This document shows positions 49,178-63,244 of a DNA stretch of 64,000 nucleotides, piece by piece; position 1 is the first letter of the stretch, and each line of letters starts with the position of its first letter. Both the position numbers and the translations under genes were made by a program. Below the pieces are notes generated by a model, which ran no database searches, was not told the origin of the DNA, and worked only from the letters and a program-made list of their open reading frames with translations. This DNA comes from an uncultured virus (IMG/VR IMGVR_UViG_3300033066_001794) (taxonomy: Duplodnaviria > Heunggongvirae > Uroviricota > Caudoviricetes), in IMG/VR virus record IMGVR_UViG_3300033066_001794, one strand, 5' to 3'.

Positions 49178-51696
49178 TTATTTTAGTTTATAATTAACTG
49201 TTATGTCATTAGCTGAAATAGCTTCTTGTCCAAACTTTTCAATGAATTGGTCTAACGTTAAATCACAATATTCGTCTACCCAATCAGCAATGTAATAAAG
49301 CTTTCTGATTCCATTTATTACTCCAAAAAGAATTGGGTCTTTTTCTTCTACAAAAGCTTTCTTGTCAGGGTCATAGTGTAAAATCACGTACCCGTCAAAT
49401 ACGAGTAATTTATCTGCTTCATTTTTCTTTTCTGATACCTTTTCAGGTATAACACGAGTGAAGTTCCTAATCCAAGTTAACTCAAGACCCTTCTTACATT
49501 CTTTATAGAACTTAACAACTTGTTCTTCGGTGATGATAGTTGTAAAACCTCCTGCGTACAAAATGGATTCGTACTTAGCTTCATTAACTTTTAATTGTAA
49601 TTGCTCAACTAATGCATCTTGATTCAACTGCTTTGCGTATTTTAAAGCGTTTAAGTAATCATTTGAGCGGTCTGCATATTTCTCAATATTAATGGAAGAA
49701 GCTTTTACTGCTTTAAAGAAATCCGTGATGGTCATCGTTGGCTTTTTTTCTTTATTGCCTTTTTTTAAGAAAGATTTTATTTTTTCGTAAAATGTTTTCT
49801 CTCTTCCTTGATTAACTTCATCATCATCAAAATCAGAAGATGATATGAATCTTCCTCCAACAGCCATTGGTGTTGAAATATCATCCATGTCTATAAATGA
49901 ATTACTTCCTGAGTCTGATGTTGAACCTGAAATTCCTTTTTTATTTTTGTTGTATTTTGGTAGATTATGGTCTATACGAAAATCATCAAAAATAAGTAGT
50001 CCGTTTTTGTTTCTGTTTAGCATGGTGTTTATTTTAAAAGGTTTTGAATCATGATATTAAATTCTAGTACTTCCAATAGGTAGCTATTGGGATTAATATT
50101 TTTAAGTGATTTACACTCTTTAAAAACTTCTTCAATCTGATTTATTTTTTCAGATATTATTTTCCAATTTTTGTCTAAAAACTTCAGTAAATGAAAATTA
50201 GTTCTTATTAGTGGTTCACTATCCATCAAATCAAATACACACTCGAAATCTTGATAAGTGGTTGGATGAGTTCCTTTCTGAATAATCATTATACCTGTTA
50301 GTGCGCTAATGATTGTTTCTGATGGAATATTTCTTTTGTCTCCACGAAGCCATGATATAAGACTTGAGGATAAATTCATTACTCCAATTATTTCTATTTT
50401 TTTCATTTTAAATTAATGTTATATTTTTCTTTAAAAATGCAAATTCCGTTTGAATTATTTGGAAACGAATCAGAGTTTAAACTAATTAATTTTGTTTCCC
50501 ATTTTCCATATAATTCAAGTCTTCTGCAAACTTCTTTTAGTATTTTGGTTTTAATTCCTTCAATAGTAACGTAATGATATATTTTTTCTTTTACTGAAAA
50601 TAATCCTGAAAAACTATCTGTGTTTACAGCTTTATTAATAGTTTCTATTGTGTTGTAAATATCTCTTTCTTCGGATTCATTAAACTTAACATCAATGTAC
50701 GTTGGATTGTTTCCATCAGTAAAATCATCAATAGATAGTTCTGATTTAGTTTTAGAACTTAGCCAAATACAAATTTTAATCAAAGTATTAGCATCCATAC
50801 TCAAATCACCTTTTTGGAATCTACAAAGAGTAGCTGCACTAATGTCCATTTGCTTTGCTGCCTCCCTTGAAGATATTTTTTCGGGATTAGTTAAAGCCTC
50901 CTTTACTGCTAATCTTAGTTTATTGATGAAGGAATTACTCATTATTTTATAATATCGTTTTCAATTAAGAACTCATAAATACTAATTAATCCTTCTCTGT
51001 AATCAATAGCTGAAACCTTTTTTGAAATAAGGTAATTAGAAATCTTATCTCCTTCGAATGGATTACACCAAATATCTGTGATTCCTCCTTGATTAATTTC
51101 AGGAACTTCTGATAAGTAATGTTTGTAACCAATAATCATTTGATGACCTTCGAGAGTAATTTCAAACTTAAAATGATGGTTAACTGCTACCTCAGATGTT
51201 TGTTTTGTAAACATAATCTCTGATGGCATGTATTTTATAGTGTATTCAATGCTGCTAAAATTCAAATTATAAATCCCAATATTAAGTACTCTTGATACTA
51301 TGAGTGAATCTTTTTTTGAAATAGTATGATAGAACTCTTGAAAAACTTCATAAGTGCAATAATGGTATTTATGTATAGCCTCTTTTTCTAGTTCGGAGTA
51401 ATCGGTTCTATTTCTTATTTCTAATCGCATAATAACATTTTTATTTTATTTTTTTTATCAAACATTTCAACTCTAAAATGTTTTTCTAATTTACAATCAG
51501 TTTCAATATATGCACCATACGGATAATTAGAATTAGGTTTTACGTATATGTATTTCTGTCTTATTTTTACTACATCAAAATTTAATTCATAATTAGGAAT
51601 GGTGATTATAATAAAACAATTTCCATGCTCCTCAATAAAGGAATTGTATTCATACCTAGATATTAAATCTCCATTTTTTATATCACTTAACTCCAT
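49178..51696 (-). CDS. hypothetical ORFs incl. XRE-HTH protein 50403-50942
   Basis: ORF track; SSREAAKQMDISAATLCRF. Confidence 0.6.
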
Positions 51697-52456
51697 GAAC
51701 TGAATTTAAAATAATTTTTACTTTATCAGAAAGTTCTTTTAATCCTTTTGATTTATCATTTTCAATAATGTAATCAAAGTCATTATATGAATCCAAAGCT
51801 GTTTCGCTCAGATGTTCATTTTCGTATGGTACATAATCAGGATTGTTAACTCTAATCAAGATACCACCTCTTTTTTTAATTGCCTCTGCTTCATTTGGAA
51901 ATCTAACGTCTGTTATAATCCATTTAAGAGCTGTATCAACTGTAATTGGATGTTTTGTATTGTAAGTTGATTTGTAATCTGCGAATAAAGAATTAACCCA
52001 AACATTCTCATGAAGTTGATTTCGGAATAAATCCGTGCCTATTAATTGAAGCATTTGACGGAAAGTATAATTCTTCAATCTGTGTGGCTCAAAATCAAGA
52101 TACCTGTTTGGATTAACCTTTAACATTTCTTTTCCATTAAAATATAGTAGGTAAGCCCATTCTTCACCTACTAATGAATCTTTAACTTCTGCTTTCTCTA
52201 AATCTAATATGGGAATGCCTGTAAGCAATGAAATAATTTGATTTAATTTTCCTTCAAACTTTTTTATCTCAAATCCTGAGCAGTCAGAAAACATCCATTC
52301 ATTACTTCCCCAATCACTTAGGATTTCTTCAAGTTTGTCTTCTGTGCCTTTAAGATTATCACATTCATTGATAGCCTTATGCATCATGATAAGATTACCT
52401 ATTGTGTCTTTACCGCTTCCGATTTTCCCCGACAGCCCATATAGATTTTTCTGCAT
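51683..52456 (-). CDS. deoxynucleoside monophosphate kinase
   Basis: GLSGKIGSGKDT, RQMLQLIGTD, ITDVRFPNE, HLSETALD. Confidence 0.9.
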   Translation of the reverse strand: MQKNLYGLSGKIGSGKDTIGNLIMMHKAINECDNLKGTEDKLEEILSDWGSNEWMFSDCSGFEIKKFEGKLNQIISLLTGIPILDLEKAEVKDSLVGEEWAYLLYFNGKEMLKVNPNRYLDFEPHRLKNYTFRQMLQLIGTDLFRNQLHENVWVNSLFADYKSTYNTKHPITVDTALKWIITDVRFPNEAEAIKKRGGILIRVNNPDYVPYENEHLSETALDSYNDFDYIIENDKSKGLKELSDKVKIILNSVHGVK

Positions 52457-52462
52457 AGTTGA

Positions 52463-53443
52463 TTATTTTAATGGTTCAGCAAATTCTTCAGGGAACAATT
52501 GGTGAAGGATTTTGAATGCAATTTCCTTCTCCTTGTTATAGCAGTCCATCTCAATCATTAACTCAACGCTATCGATTGTTGGGTCAATTAAAGATAAAAG
52601 GTATCTTTGCTCACATTTTGCATACTTGTTTGTTACATCAATTATTTTAGCTTGCAATTGACTTCTTTTTCCTGTTTTCTTTTGGTCATAACTTACTTTT
52701 TTAGCTATTTCTTTTTCATCCATATTGTAGATACTATCAAAAGATAATACCTTCATGTTGTCGATGTCAGACTTAGTAGCTAACTCTTGACCTTTTGCTT
52801 TTTTTGTTTCTGTTTTTGCCATTTTGCTGTTTTTTTTGGTTTGTTATTTTTAAATTATTATTCGTATTCTTTTTCTCTTTTCTTCGTTTAGTTTTTCAAC
52901 ATCTTCTGTTTTTATTTTGTTGTAAAATGAATCATTGAATAAATTATTTTTAATTTCTCTTTTTGATGGATAAAACTTAATAATAATGTCAGTATATTTA
53001 TCGATATTCATTCCAAATGATGTATGTCCATCAATCACATAAACGAAATTAAGTTCTTTTGTGTATTCCAATAGTTCGTCTTCATTGTGTTTAATATGCA
53101 TTGGAATAGAAAACGTTTGCCCAACTTTATCAGTACTTCTTATTGTTAAATAATATTCCTTTTTCATTTGAAACATTAATGAAGATTGAAATTTAGTAAC
53201 TTCAACTAAAATCGAACCTTTTGATAAAATATAATTTTGTAACATTGACATATCAGAAAAATACAAATCATTGTACAATGGATATATTTTTATACCATCT
53301 TTATCTTCAGGTATAGAATAATTCCAAAGTCTTTCATCGCCCATAAATTGAACATAAGCATCCTTATTTGTGTTATTTTCAATAACAACTCCAAAAGGTG
53401 CGTTTCCTTCAATTATTGATTTATGTTTTTCGAATAAACTCAT
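52463..53443 (-). CDS. two hypothetical ORFs
   Basis: ORF track. Confidence 0.6.
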
Positions 53444-54139
53444 TTATCTGACTAATGATTTAGGTATTTCATCTTTTTCAATAGTCTTTTTAAATCCAAT
53501 ATTTGCAGCAACATGGAACGTTATAATTCCTTCAGGCTTCATAAACCCTTCTGAAGCATAACTGCCATGAATCTTCAATTCTTCTAAAACTTCATTAATC
53601 TTTTGAGTATCAAATTGACCTCTATAAAGTTCAGGAACGAGCGAGCAAATTTCAGGGAGTACATCCTGAAACTTTTCAATTGTTGGGTCAGCATTTGGAA
53701 TTAATTTAGGCTGTGTTCCATGCAATGCCCATCTACTAACATTAAATAGTGAAAATCTTTTATCGCCTTTCTGTAATCCGTATCCTCTTTGTATACCGCT
53801 TCCCCACCATTCACCAAAATGTCTACCATCATTTAGTTCAATTAATTTTTCTGAATTTTCAAATACCCATTTTGAAAAACCATAATTGTCATCCTTTGGT
53901 GTAATCCAACGGGTTCTACTACCTGTTGCAATATGCAAATTACCATCTGAGTATATGAAAGGAATATTATCAGGTTTTTTACCTTTTTTTTGCACTGTAC
54001 CATCTTCGATTTTAATATCTTTTTCTTCATCCCAAATAAAAATTTGAGAATTAGTTCCATCTATTTTTTCAGTAATAATCATCTCTCTCGAAAGCCTAGC
54101 CATCTTAGGAAATTCTAAAAAATCTAAATTTTGTGTCAT
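53444..54139 (-). CDS. RNA ligase, Rnl2-like adenylyltransferase domain
   Basis: TEKIDGTN, SR, FGEWWG, PEGII. Confidence 0.85.
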   Translation of the reverse strand: MTQNLDFLEFPKMARLSREMIITEKIDGTNSQIFIWDEEKDIKIEDGTVQKKGKKPDNIPFIYSDGNLHIATGSRTRWITPKDDNYGFSKWVFENSEKLIELNDGRHFGEWWGSGIQRGYGLQKGDKRFSLFNVSRWALHGTQPKLIPNADPTIEKFQDVLPEICSLVPELYRGQFDTQKINEVLEELKIHGSYASEGFMKPEGIITFHVAANIGFKKTIEKDEIPKSLVR

Positions 54140-54150
54140 ATTATTTATTT

Positions 54151-55790
54151 TTAATCGTTTAAAAAATGCGGGATAAATATACCTTGATTACATCCAACTA
54201 CAGGGATTAAATCATTACTCATGATGTTTAATTCCGATTTGAATGGGTGATTTTTAAGTTTCATGTACCAATCTTTATGTGGTGAGAAATCTAATTGCTT
54301 AGTTGTATCAATTATTTCGCTTGAGTATTCGCTTCCTCCAATAAAATGCATAACCTCTTTCTTTAACTCTACTAGGCAGTGAAATCCGCCATTGGTTTTA
54401 ATGAATTTTAGGTATCCTTTATTGATAACTGATTCGATATATTTTTTTATTTCAATATAATCTTCTCCTTCTTTAATATCCACATCAATATCCATGAAGT
54501 TTTTAGTTCCATTAGAGCCTTGAATAACATCATTTGCCATTGATTTAACATTGATATTTTCTTTGTTTGACTTGATTGCCTCTAAACACTGATTAATTAA
54601 CTCAAAACAAGCCTTGTGTTGATTCTTAGGATTAAATCCAATATAAACACCTAAGTTTTTAATATCAATAGGAGTACCATTACTATCATAACCACCTTCT
54701 TCAATTTCCCATTGTTTTATAGTAGGAATGATTTTATCTTTTCTCCCAACAGTTTCTCTTCTTAGTTTATGTGCAGAAGCTATCCCGCTTTCAGGAAACC
54801 ATTTTTTACGAGCAATAAGAATAAGAAAATAACCCTCGTTAGGATTAAGTTCAGGCAGGAAGTCAACAAACTTTTGTAGTTCTTCTTCGTTATGGATTAA
54901 TTTATAGTTCATTGTATTGTTTTTTTCTTTTTTGACAATCCGTGTTTTTCTAAAAGTTTATCTCCTAATAACTCGCCTCTGTCAACCATATCCTCGTACA
55001 AAAATGACCTTCTGCATGGAACTTCTAATGGGTCGAATTCTTTCTCTTCAAAAACGTTATTAGCTTCTAAAAACATTTTTTTTAATTCATCAGGAATATC
55101 TGTTTCTTCTAATATTGCATAGTCCTGTTCAAACGGGTTTTTTCCTATGCATATAATCTTTTCTGAAACTAAAACATATTGCCCCCCTCTATATTCCAAA
55201 AATTTAATTTCAGAATTTTCAACCCATTCATCAGGAAAATCAATACGTAGCTTCTCCCTTATTTTTTTAAGGATAGCTATTTCCATAGAAATAAAAGTGT
55301 TTTTGAATGCTCCATTAGTAAAACAATTGACCGTATTTATTGCAAATATAATTACTATGTTTTTATTACGCAACAATAATAGAAGCAAAGTTATCAACAA
55401 TGATAAAAATAGTTACATTGTTTGATGTTTGAATGTTTTTCCACTTCCGAAATGATAACCTTGACCTGTTTTTAAAAGACTTACATCTCGAATATAATTT
55501 TCAATAGGTTCGTTATATGCTAAGTGTTTTTTACTCATTCCTTGCCAAATATAAATAGTTGTACAAGGGAACTTAGTGAGGCGAGACCATTTAGTTATCT
55601 CGCCCCAAAGTTCTGATGAAAATTTACCGCAGAAAGGATAAATATCTTTTCCATCCCAACCTATGCAATGAATATAATCTGTCTCCAAATTATACTCAAC
55701 AGTCATTATTTCGCATTTCTGTTGCTCATCAAACCATTGATTTACTTTATCTAAAAACTTAGTTATATTTTTTAAGATTTTCGTAATCAT
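54151..55790 (-). CDS. three hypothetical ORFs
   Basis: ORF track. Confidence 0.6.
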
Positions 55791-56260
55791 AATTCCATTG
55801 CTAATTCAGTAAGTACTTTGCCAAGCAAATTTTCACCCCAATTATCTATGTTTTGAATAGCTTCATGGTCATAAAAACCAATTCCCCAAATTCTATCGTA
55901 AGGAGATGCCTCTACTAAAACATATCCTTTATATTTCAAAAGATATTCTTTGAATTCAGGATTTTGAAGAAACTTATCTTTTAGACCTTTTTTTACTAAA
56001 TCATATTTAACATTGTCCCAAACTTTAGGATTGAAATTTTTCACTTGTCTCCCAAGTTCTTTCTGTTTTCTAGGAGATAGTTCTTTTAGTATTTTATTTG
56101 CCGTTTCATTGTCTCCAAATGTAATTGCTTTTTGATACATCATGTATTGTTCACCACAATTAAACATTATGTTGTTAGTAGTGAAATATGATTCGTGCCA
56201 ATTGCTAAACAATCCATTCCAAAAGAATTTGTATTTTATGTTTTTATGTGTTGCTTCCAT
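55787..56260 (-). CDS. NADAR (YbiA-like) family protein
   Basis: FSNW..EQYMMYQKA..LGRQV..KFLQN..VEASPYDRIWGIG..GENLLG. Confidence 0.92.
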   Translation of the reverse strand: MEATHKNIKYKFFWNGLFSNWHESYFTTNNIMFNCGEQYMMYQKAITFGDNETANKILKELSPRKQKELGRQVKNFNPKVWDNVKYDLVKKGLKDKFLQNPEFKEYLLKYKGYVLVEASPYDRIWGIGFYDHEAIQNIDNWGENLLGKVLTELAMEL

Positions 56261-56320
56261 TTTTTTTAATTCAGTTTTATTTAAATAATATCAATTATAT
56301 AATTAAATACATTTTTATAA

Positions 56321-56746
56321 TCAAAATGGTAAATCATCTTTTTGCCCATCTCCTTGATTTGTAAACTCAGTATTCTGTTGCATTCCCGAACCATTTGTAC
56401 TTGTTTGAGGGTTAGCTCCGCTTTGAGTATTTGCACTACTTTGAAACTCCCACATAGAAACACGAATTCTAATCCCTGCTCTTGGCTTACCATCTTTATC
56501 AGTCCATTGATTTACTTCGGGAGTTCCTTCTATAAGCATTTTTACTCCTTTTTTCATGTACTTTGATACGTTTGTGTCATCACGCCAAATAGAACAATCA
56601 TAGTAATAAGCGTTCTCTTGCTTGTTACCTTGTTTATCGTTGAATTTTTCGTTTACACAAACTGTAAATTGAATTACGTTACTTCCATTTACATTCTTTA
56701 CTTCAGCATCTTTTACGATGTTTCCTGTTACTGTCATTCTTCTCAT
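56321..56746 (-). CDS. ssb: single-stranded DNA-binding protein
   Basis: GNIVKDAE OB-fold pattern; C-terminal DDLPF. Confidence 0.92.
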   Translation of the reverse strand: MRRMTVTGNIVKDAEVKNVNGSNVIQFTVCVNEKFNDKQGNKQENAYYYDCSIWRDDTNVSKYMKKGVKMLIEGTPEVNQWTDKDGKPRAGIRIRVSMWEFQSSANTQSGANPQTSTNGSGMQQNTEFTNQGDGQKDDLPF

Positions 56747-56751
56747 GATTA

Positions 56752-59700
56752 CTACTTTTTATTTGTTATTATATTTACTACTTTATTTATTAATAATTTA
56801 AACCAAAACTTTTTCTTATAATCTTCCGCATAGTTAAACAACTTATTGTCAATTAAAAAATCAATAAAGGTTTGAATCTGTTTTCCGCTCAGTTTTCTTC
56901 TTAATTTTCTGTCCCTAACATGAAAATCAAAATGCCTTATTTCTGCATTTATCATTAGAGGTGGAATATTCTTATTTAAGAAAACTTCTTTTGAAATTTC
57001 AATTGTACCTTTTTCTCTATTTATACAAACAGGATTTTTAAATACATGTTTATCATATCCTAATTTATCCTGAAATTCAGTAATAAATGATGAACTTATA
57101 TGTTTTTCTTTTTCTTGCATGTTACATAAATGGTATATCTTTAATTCTTAACCACCATTCTATATGTCTTAGGTGTTCCTCACGTTCTTTTTCTTTACGC
57201 TCTCTATATCGTTTATTTATATGATTAATAAATTCATCGCTTTGGCAATATTCTTTCATTTTAGCTTTTTGCTCCTCTGTTAAAATATATGGATTTTTTT
57301 CTTCACTCATATTATGGCATATTGAAAAAGTCAGGTTCAAAAGGTTTTCCGCATTTAGAACATGAAACACATCCTCCGTTAATTTTATGTTTTTCTTGAA
57401 ATTCCACCCAAGCATCATAATCAGTTTGTGGATTAGGCATTTCACTATCTTTAAAATATTGACCTAAATGATTAAATGAAAGAATTTCTCCATTGTCATC
57501 GTGTTCGCACTTATCAGGAATCCCATCTACGAAGGCAGTGAATTTACTTCCTCCAATTTCACCTGAAATAAAAGCTGAGTGAGTATTATTCATTAATTTA
57601 AATTTAAAAGGTAAATAAATCCTGCTAAAATCACTAAATAGAAAATAAGGTGAATGAATTGAGATTTACCATGAATTTCATCTGAATATGGTTCTTTTTT
57701 TTCAATCAATATTCTTCTATACGAGTTCATAGTTTCATTTAAAGTAGCCACTATTGGATATACTAAACTCCAAATTAAAGCACAAATTAAAATTACATCC
57801 TTACTCATTTTTTAGTTTTTGTTTTTTTAGGTTTGTATTCAGGAATAGGAAAATTCAAAATGTTTTTACCAAATATTTTAAATAGTGGTACGTTAAATTC
57901 AGGTGGTATTTTTGATAAATATTTTTCATCCTGAAATGATTCAGATATTGATTTCAGTGTAGCTTTACATGCCTCATCCCATATTTTTTCTTCTTTTGTC
58001 ATAACTCCTAATCAATTAATTTGTTTAACTTCAAATCTTTAAAATATTCTCTCTCCAATAATATATTCAAACATTTAAAAGCAGCTTCGAAAGCTTCTTT
58101 TTCTGCTGTTTCACGATGAGTCCAAACTCCTTCTGATTTAAAAATTATTTTATCGCAACTATTATTCATGTATGAAACAACGTGAGCGAATCTAATCTTA
58201 CTATCAAATGAAGGTTGTATCTCAACAGATATTTGAAATTCATCAAAAAAATCAAAAAGCATTCTCTCATGCCAACGATAGTTTTCAGATATGTATCCTT
58301 CTACATCAATAAATTGCAAAGTTCCATTATCACGAACTTTTAGATTTACATCTCCGTTTTTAGCTCTTCCAACTAATTCTAGTTTTTCAAACGCTAAAGG
58401 GAATCTTTTTTTAATTTTGGTATAGTTTAAATTATCTTGCATAAATTATTTATTTTTCAGTTGTCTGATAGGTTCTTATATATTTACTTTCTAGTAAGAA
58501 GGGTACTAATTTAGCGAATCTACTTTGATTTAACCTCTGAATTTGCTCATTTTTTTTAAGTTTTTCTAAATCCTCAGCAGATGTTGAGTTTTTTATTATT
58601 TCATCTTTCGTTTTACTAAGCTTTTCAGCTCTTTCACGAGCTTTTTTAAGTTCTTCATTTTCGTTGTTATGTTCACGCCATTTGTTCTTAGCATGGTCAT
58701 CAGGAGCAAAGAACTCATTATGCTTTGAAAAGAAAGCCATTCTAAGTAATTCTTTTTCTACTCTCCAAAGTTTTACGAAGTACCTGAACTTTTCTCTTAC
58801 TTCATTAAAATCCTCTAAGTCAAGTTCTGCTTGTATAATTGATGGTAAGTTTACTATTTTAGTAAATGGATTTACACTCAATATGACGTTAGTTAAAATC
58901 AAAGCATCATCATCGTTTTTAACCTTGAATTTACGATTATTACTAGATGGGTCAACATCAATATCATTAAGTCCATGTTTTTCCATGAACTCTTTGTACA
59001 TTCTTTCGGCAGTTTCTTTTTCCCCATCGATACCTTTATCTGCAAGTGCCTTTAGCTTCTTAGCTTTGGATTTTAGCTTTTCCTTATTTATTTCGTTTGT
59101 TTCCTTTTCCATGTTATCTAAAATCACTTTCTTTAAATTTTGTTTTCTTAACTCTATCTTCTGTGGTTATTGTACTTTTACATTTTTCGCAATTCAACTT
59201 CCAAACTAAGAATCTCATGTCATATACTCCAATATGATTACAATCGGGACATTTTACGTCAACAAAGTGAACTGTTTTACCTTGTTTATTTTTAGTCTTC
59301 TCTTTATAAATTTCAAATTCATCATCACACAAAACATATTTTTCTTTGCCAAAAGAGCAAGTGTGTATTCTTGCATGGTTAATAAAAATAGGCAACTCAA
59401 AACCCTCATAAAAACCAATTCTAGTGCCTTTAAAGTTAGGAAAGGCATTCTTTTTAATTTGAATTGGCTTGTTCATGAAAACATAATATTTGTCCCATAA
59501 AAAATTATTTAATAACTCTCTTGAAGATAGATAGTTTCTTTTTAATTTCATTTCATTAAAAGAGTTACAATAATTACTATAAGTTAACTTAGGTACTCCC
59601 GCTAAATTAAAAGTTATTTCAACATCACAGTTGACTTCAGCAACTCTTTGAAAAAAGCTTTCCGTTTCCTTGTTTATAAAAACAAATAAGGTTCTATGTT

Positions 59701-60952
59701 TACTTCTTGATATTGAGAAGAAAACCTTTGACATAGTAACGTCATTATTTACACCTTCATATTTCCATCCTTTACTAGTTAAATCAACGAAAAAAGAATG
59801 TGATTTGTCTTTGTTGAAGTTATGTTTTTTAGCAACATCTTTATATGAATCTATGTTATAAATCCTATCGTTTTTAGTAGCTTTATTTATCGAATCACAT
59901 AATAACTTAATAGTAGATAATTTGATTTTCTCGTTTGAATTGAAATCCTTAATTAATATGGTGTTCCCCCATTTATCCCAAGAAGGATATTGGTCTTCAA
60001 TCTGATTAATCAGTTCTTGAAAATATTCTGTTTTTTTATCCTTTTTTGCCATTATCTAAATAAGTTTGTTTAAATCCATTTTGTTTGTTTTACTTTTTAA
60101 GCATTAATATTCTTTTCTTACTTTTCTCGATTGAAGGAACAAAATGTTGGCAGTCAGTTATATTATCTTGCATTTCATCGTAGAATGATTTAACCTTAGC
60201 TTGTACATCACCTCTGTTTCTTCCACAGAACATATTTACATTCAGTGTTGTATTTGGTAGAATAATAAATGAAAAGTAAGTTTCTGATTGAACTCTTTTT
60301 CTTTTGTTAATATCAACTATGCCTGATTGAAAAGCATAAGGGTTTGGAGTTCCCAATACCAATTCTTCATATTCAATGCCTTCCTTGTCAATATCATTTA
60401 TTTTAAATTCTTTTTGAGTTTGAGGTGGATTTTCAGAAAGCAATCTAAATAAAACAATTTCAATATATCCGACTGAAGTTATATAGTTCTTAAGCATAGT
60501 CAGATTATTATCATCTTCAGAATAATTTTGGGTATTGTTATGGATTTTTATTTTATCTGAATCAATCTTTTTTTTCTTTTTTGAATTACCAAGTAAATCA
60601 ACTATTTCTGTATTATTACTTAAATTAGAAATGGTTAAATGTATTCCACTGAATCCACTCAAATGAATGTATTCATGGTTTCCTTTGCGCATTCTAGCTA
60701 TTTGGTATGATTCAATCATTCTATTGCTTTGTTAAGTAATTTTGAAATAAATTTTAATGAATCGATGGAGTTATTTAAGTTGCCAATACAATTTGGTTTA
60801 TAATAACTAATTGTTTGACTGCAAATTAATAGTTCATCTTTTTTCATGAAGTCCATTTTTTTATCAATCTCTAATATTTTTAGTTTAATTGAAGATAATT
60901 GTTTTTCATTACCTTCAATTAATTCTAACATTTCTTGTAAGTTAACATCCAT
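56752..60952 (-). CDS. run of hypothetical ORFs incl. DUF2786-like 58450-59127
   Basis: ORF track; KLKALADKGIDGEKETA motif also in 62699-63052. Confidence 0.6.
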
Positions 60953-61482
60953 TACTTTGAATTGTTTTTATTTAAAATTGCTACTATTATCCCAAATACT
61001 CTTCCATTTAAATCACTTAATGGGTGAATCAATTGAATCTGTCTATACCATTCTAAAAGCTGTTCCTTCGGCATAACTTTTACAGGAAACATCTTTTCAG
61101 CTAAATCAGGAACATCTTCGAATTTAGGTGTATCTGAAAATTTAACATTGTGTGTTCTAAAACCTGATTTTATTCCTTTGTAATTATTAGCAGACAATAG
61201 TCTATTCTGAATGTTGAAAGCATCGGTTAATGTAAACTCTTGAAATGAATCAATTTCATTCATTATGTTAATAGTTTCAGCTATTCTATCTTCTTGAACT
61301 CCTTCTTTCTTAATGTGAGGAGCATTGATGCGTTTAGCATCTTCATGAAGATTACCTGTCCAATAGAACTTTGGTTTAAATGATGGTTCTTTAATTACTT
61401 CCATAACTTTATTCACATTTATATTTTTAGTGTAGCCACTTGTTGTTTTATCTGTAGCCATTGTTGTTTTTTTTAAATACAA
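60952..61482 (-). CDS. Fic-like protein
   Basis: IHPLSDLNGR resembles HPFxDGNGR; GFRTHNV. Confidence 0.6.
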   Translation of the reverse strand: MYLKKTTMATDKTTSGYTKNINVNKVMEVIKEPSFKPKFYWTGNLHEDAKRINAPHIKKEGVQEDRIAETINIMNEIDSFQEFTLTDAFNIQNRLLSANNYKGIKSGFRTHNVKFSDTPKFEDVPDLAEKMFPVKVMPKEQLLEWYRQIQLIHPLSDLNGRVFGIIVAILNKNNSK

Positions 61483-63052
61483 TTATTTTCAAGTTCAAAT
61501 TTTATCAATGCATGTTTTTCAGGTAACGTAGCCTCTCTTATTTCTTCAATTCCATGTTTTACACAGTGATTTAAATCACTTCTTTTATGGAATGTTTCAT
61601 AGCTATTCCAATAGTGTATATGGTCATAAAAATTGTAATTACAAGCATCATCACCTTTGTATCTCACTACTAATTGAGTCCCACCTCCGAAACTTATGAA
61701 GTAGATTTTACCTTGTTCCATTTTAATTTTTAGCTCCATTACTTTTCTTTTTGATTTGAAATACGGATAGCAACTATTAAACATCCAATTATTAAAGTTG
61801 CATAAATAACTAAATATCTACCTATCGCATCCCATTTTCTATAATCTATATCTAAAGAAGTGAATGCAGATATTCCATAAAATATACAGAAAATAATTAT
61901 AAATATTAATATGTTTAGTAATGTGTTTTTTATCTTATTTTTCATTGTTTTTGTTTATTGAATTTGATATTATTTTCTGAACTTCATTGTAGTGGCTCAT
62001 GAATTCTTCTTTTGTTATTTCTGAATACTCATCTTTATCATTATTGTTAAAGTGGTAATAATGTTCTATTTGAAAATAATTCCGTGAATTTTTATAGTAT
62101 AAAATTCTAAGTGCATCTTCACGGCAATCTTCTTTATCAACACCATAAACGTATAAACAATTTACATAGGTTTCATCATGAGGTTCTTTTTCAATAAAGC
62201 ACTTACCTATAAATTTACTAGCTTCTTCAATTCTTTCAGCATAATCTAATTTGTCTAATTTTTCACGAACTTCTGATTGTTGCAATCTTAAAGAATTTAA
62301 TTGCTCAACTAATTCTTGTCTTGTTTGTTCCATTTTTTTAAATTAAAAAGTTACTAAAATATCAATTGGTTCAAAATATTTATGAACTTTAAATTTTTCA
62401 TTAAGTTCATTTGCTAATTGAGAGTAATCATGTTCTTGGCAAATATCAATTAGTTTTCCATCTTCATCAGCACATGTATCTTGTTCGGAAACATAATCGG
62501 ATATTAACTCTTTAATTGTATCGGCATCTATTCTATAGTGCATTGGCTCTGTCATATCTACAATGTAGTATTTACCATCCTTGTAATATTTTCTTTGGTC
62601 TTCAGTTATTCTTTTGAAGGGAATTACGTTTTCACCTTCTTCTTCTACAAAGTGAGTAAACCCTCTTTCAATAGCCTGCTCTATTGTTATTGTTTCCATT
62701 ATTTACTTTTAGTTTTTTCTTTATTTTGTTTAACAATTTCTCGAACTAATTCCTTTCCTATGTTAGCTACATTTTCATTTTTAAAAAGCTTTCCTAGTCC
62801 AAATATTAACATACTAAAACCTATTGCTCTTACATCATCTTGCATAGCCTTCATGAAGTCTTCTACATTCATGCCTGCGTATTCACTGTTTTTTGAAAAC
62901 GTTGATTTTTCAAGTTCTTCTTCTGTGATGCTGTGTTTTTCTTTCCATAAATCGAGCATGCATTGAGCATTTTCTTTCTCTCCGTCTTCTCCACGAATAG
63001 CAAGTTCCCTTAATTTTAGGGCTTTTTCAATTATTTTAGTTCTGTTTTCCAA
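61473..63052 (-). CDS. five hypothetical ORFs
   Basis: ORF track. Confidence 0.55.
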
Positions 63053-63244
63053 ATTATTCTTCTGTAGAATCTACTTCTATTTCAAAATCACGGATATATA
63101 ATTTCCTACAAGCATCGCTAAATGCTTTTCTAAGATTCATTTTTAACGTAGCTATATCATCAGCATCATAGTCATGCCAATCTTTATATTCAGATTCGGG
63201 AATAGTTATTTTGATAGTTATTTCATTGTCCATAGTTTTTGCTT

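Noticed and set aside
9472..62966. Many plus-strand ORFs opposite longer minus-strand genes (e.g. 10333, 16086, 18573, 46920, 58664)
   Set aside because: Ser/Phe/Leu-rich antisense shadows of recognisable genes.
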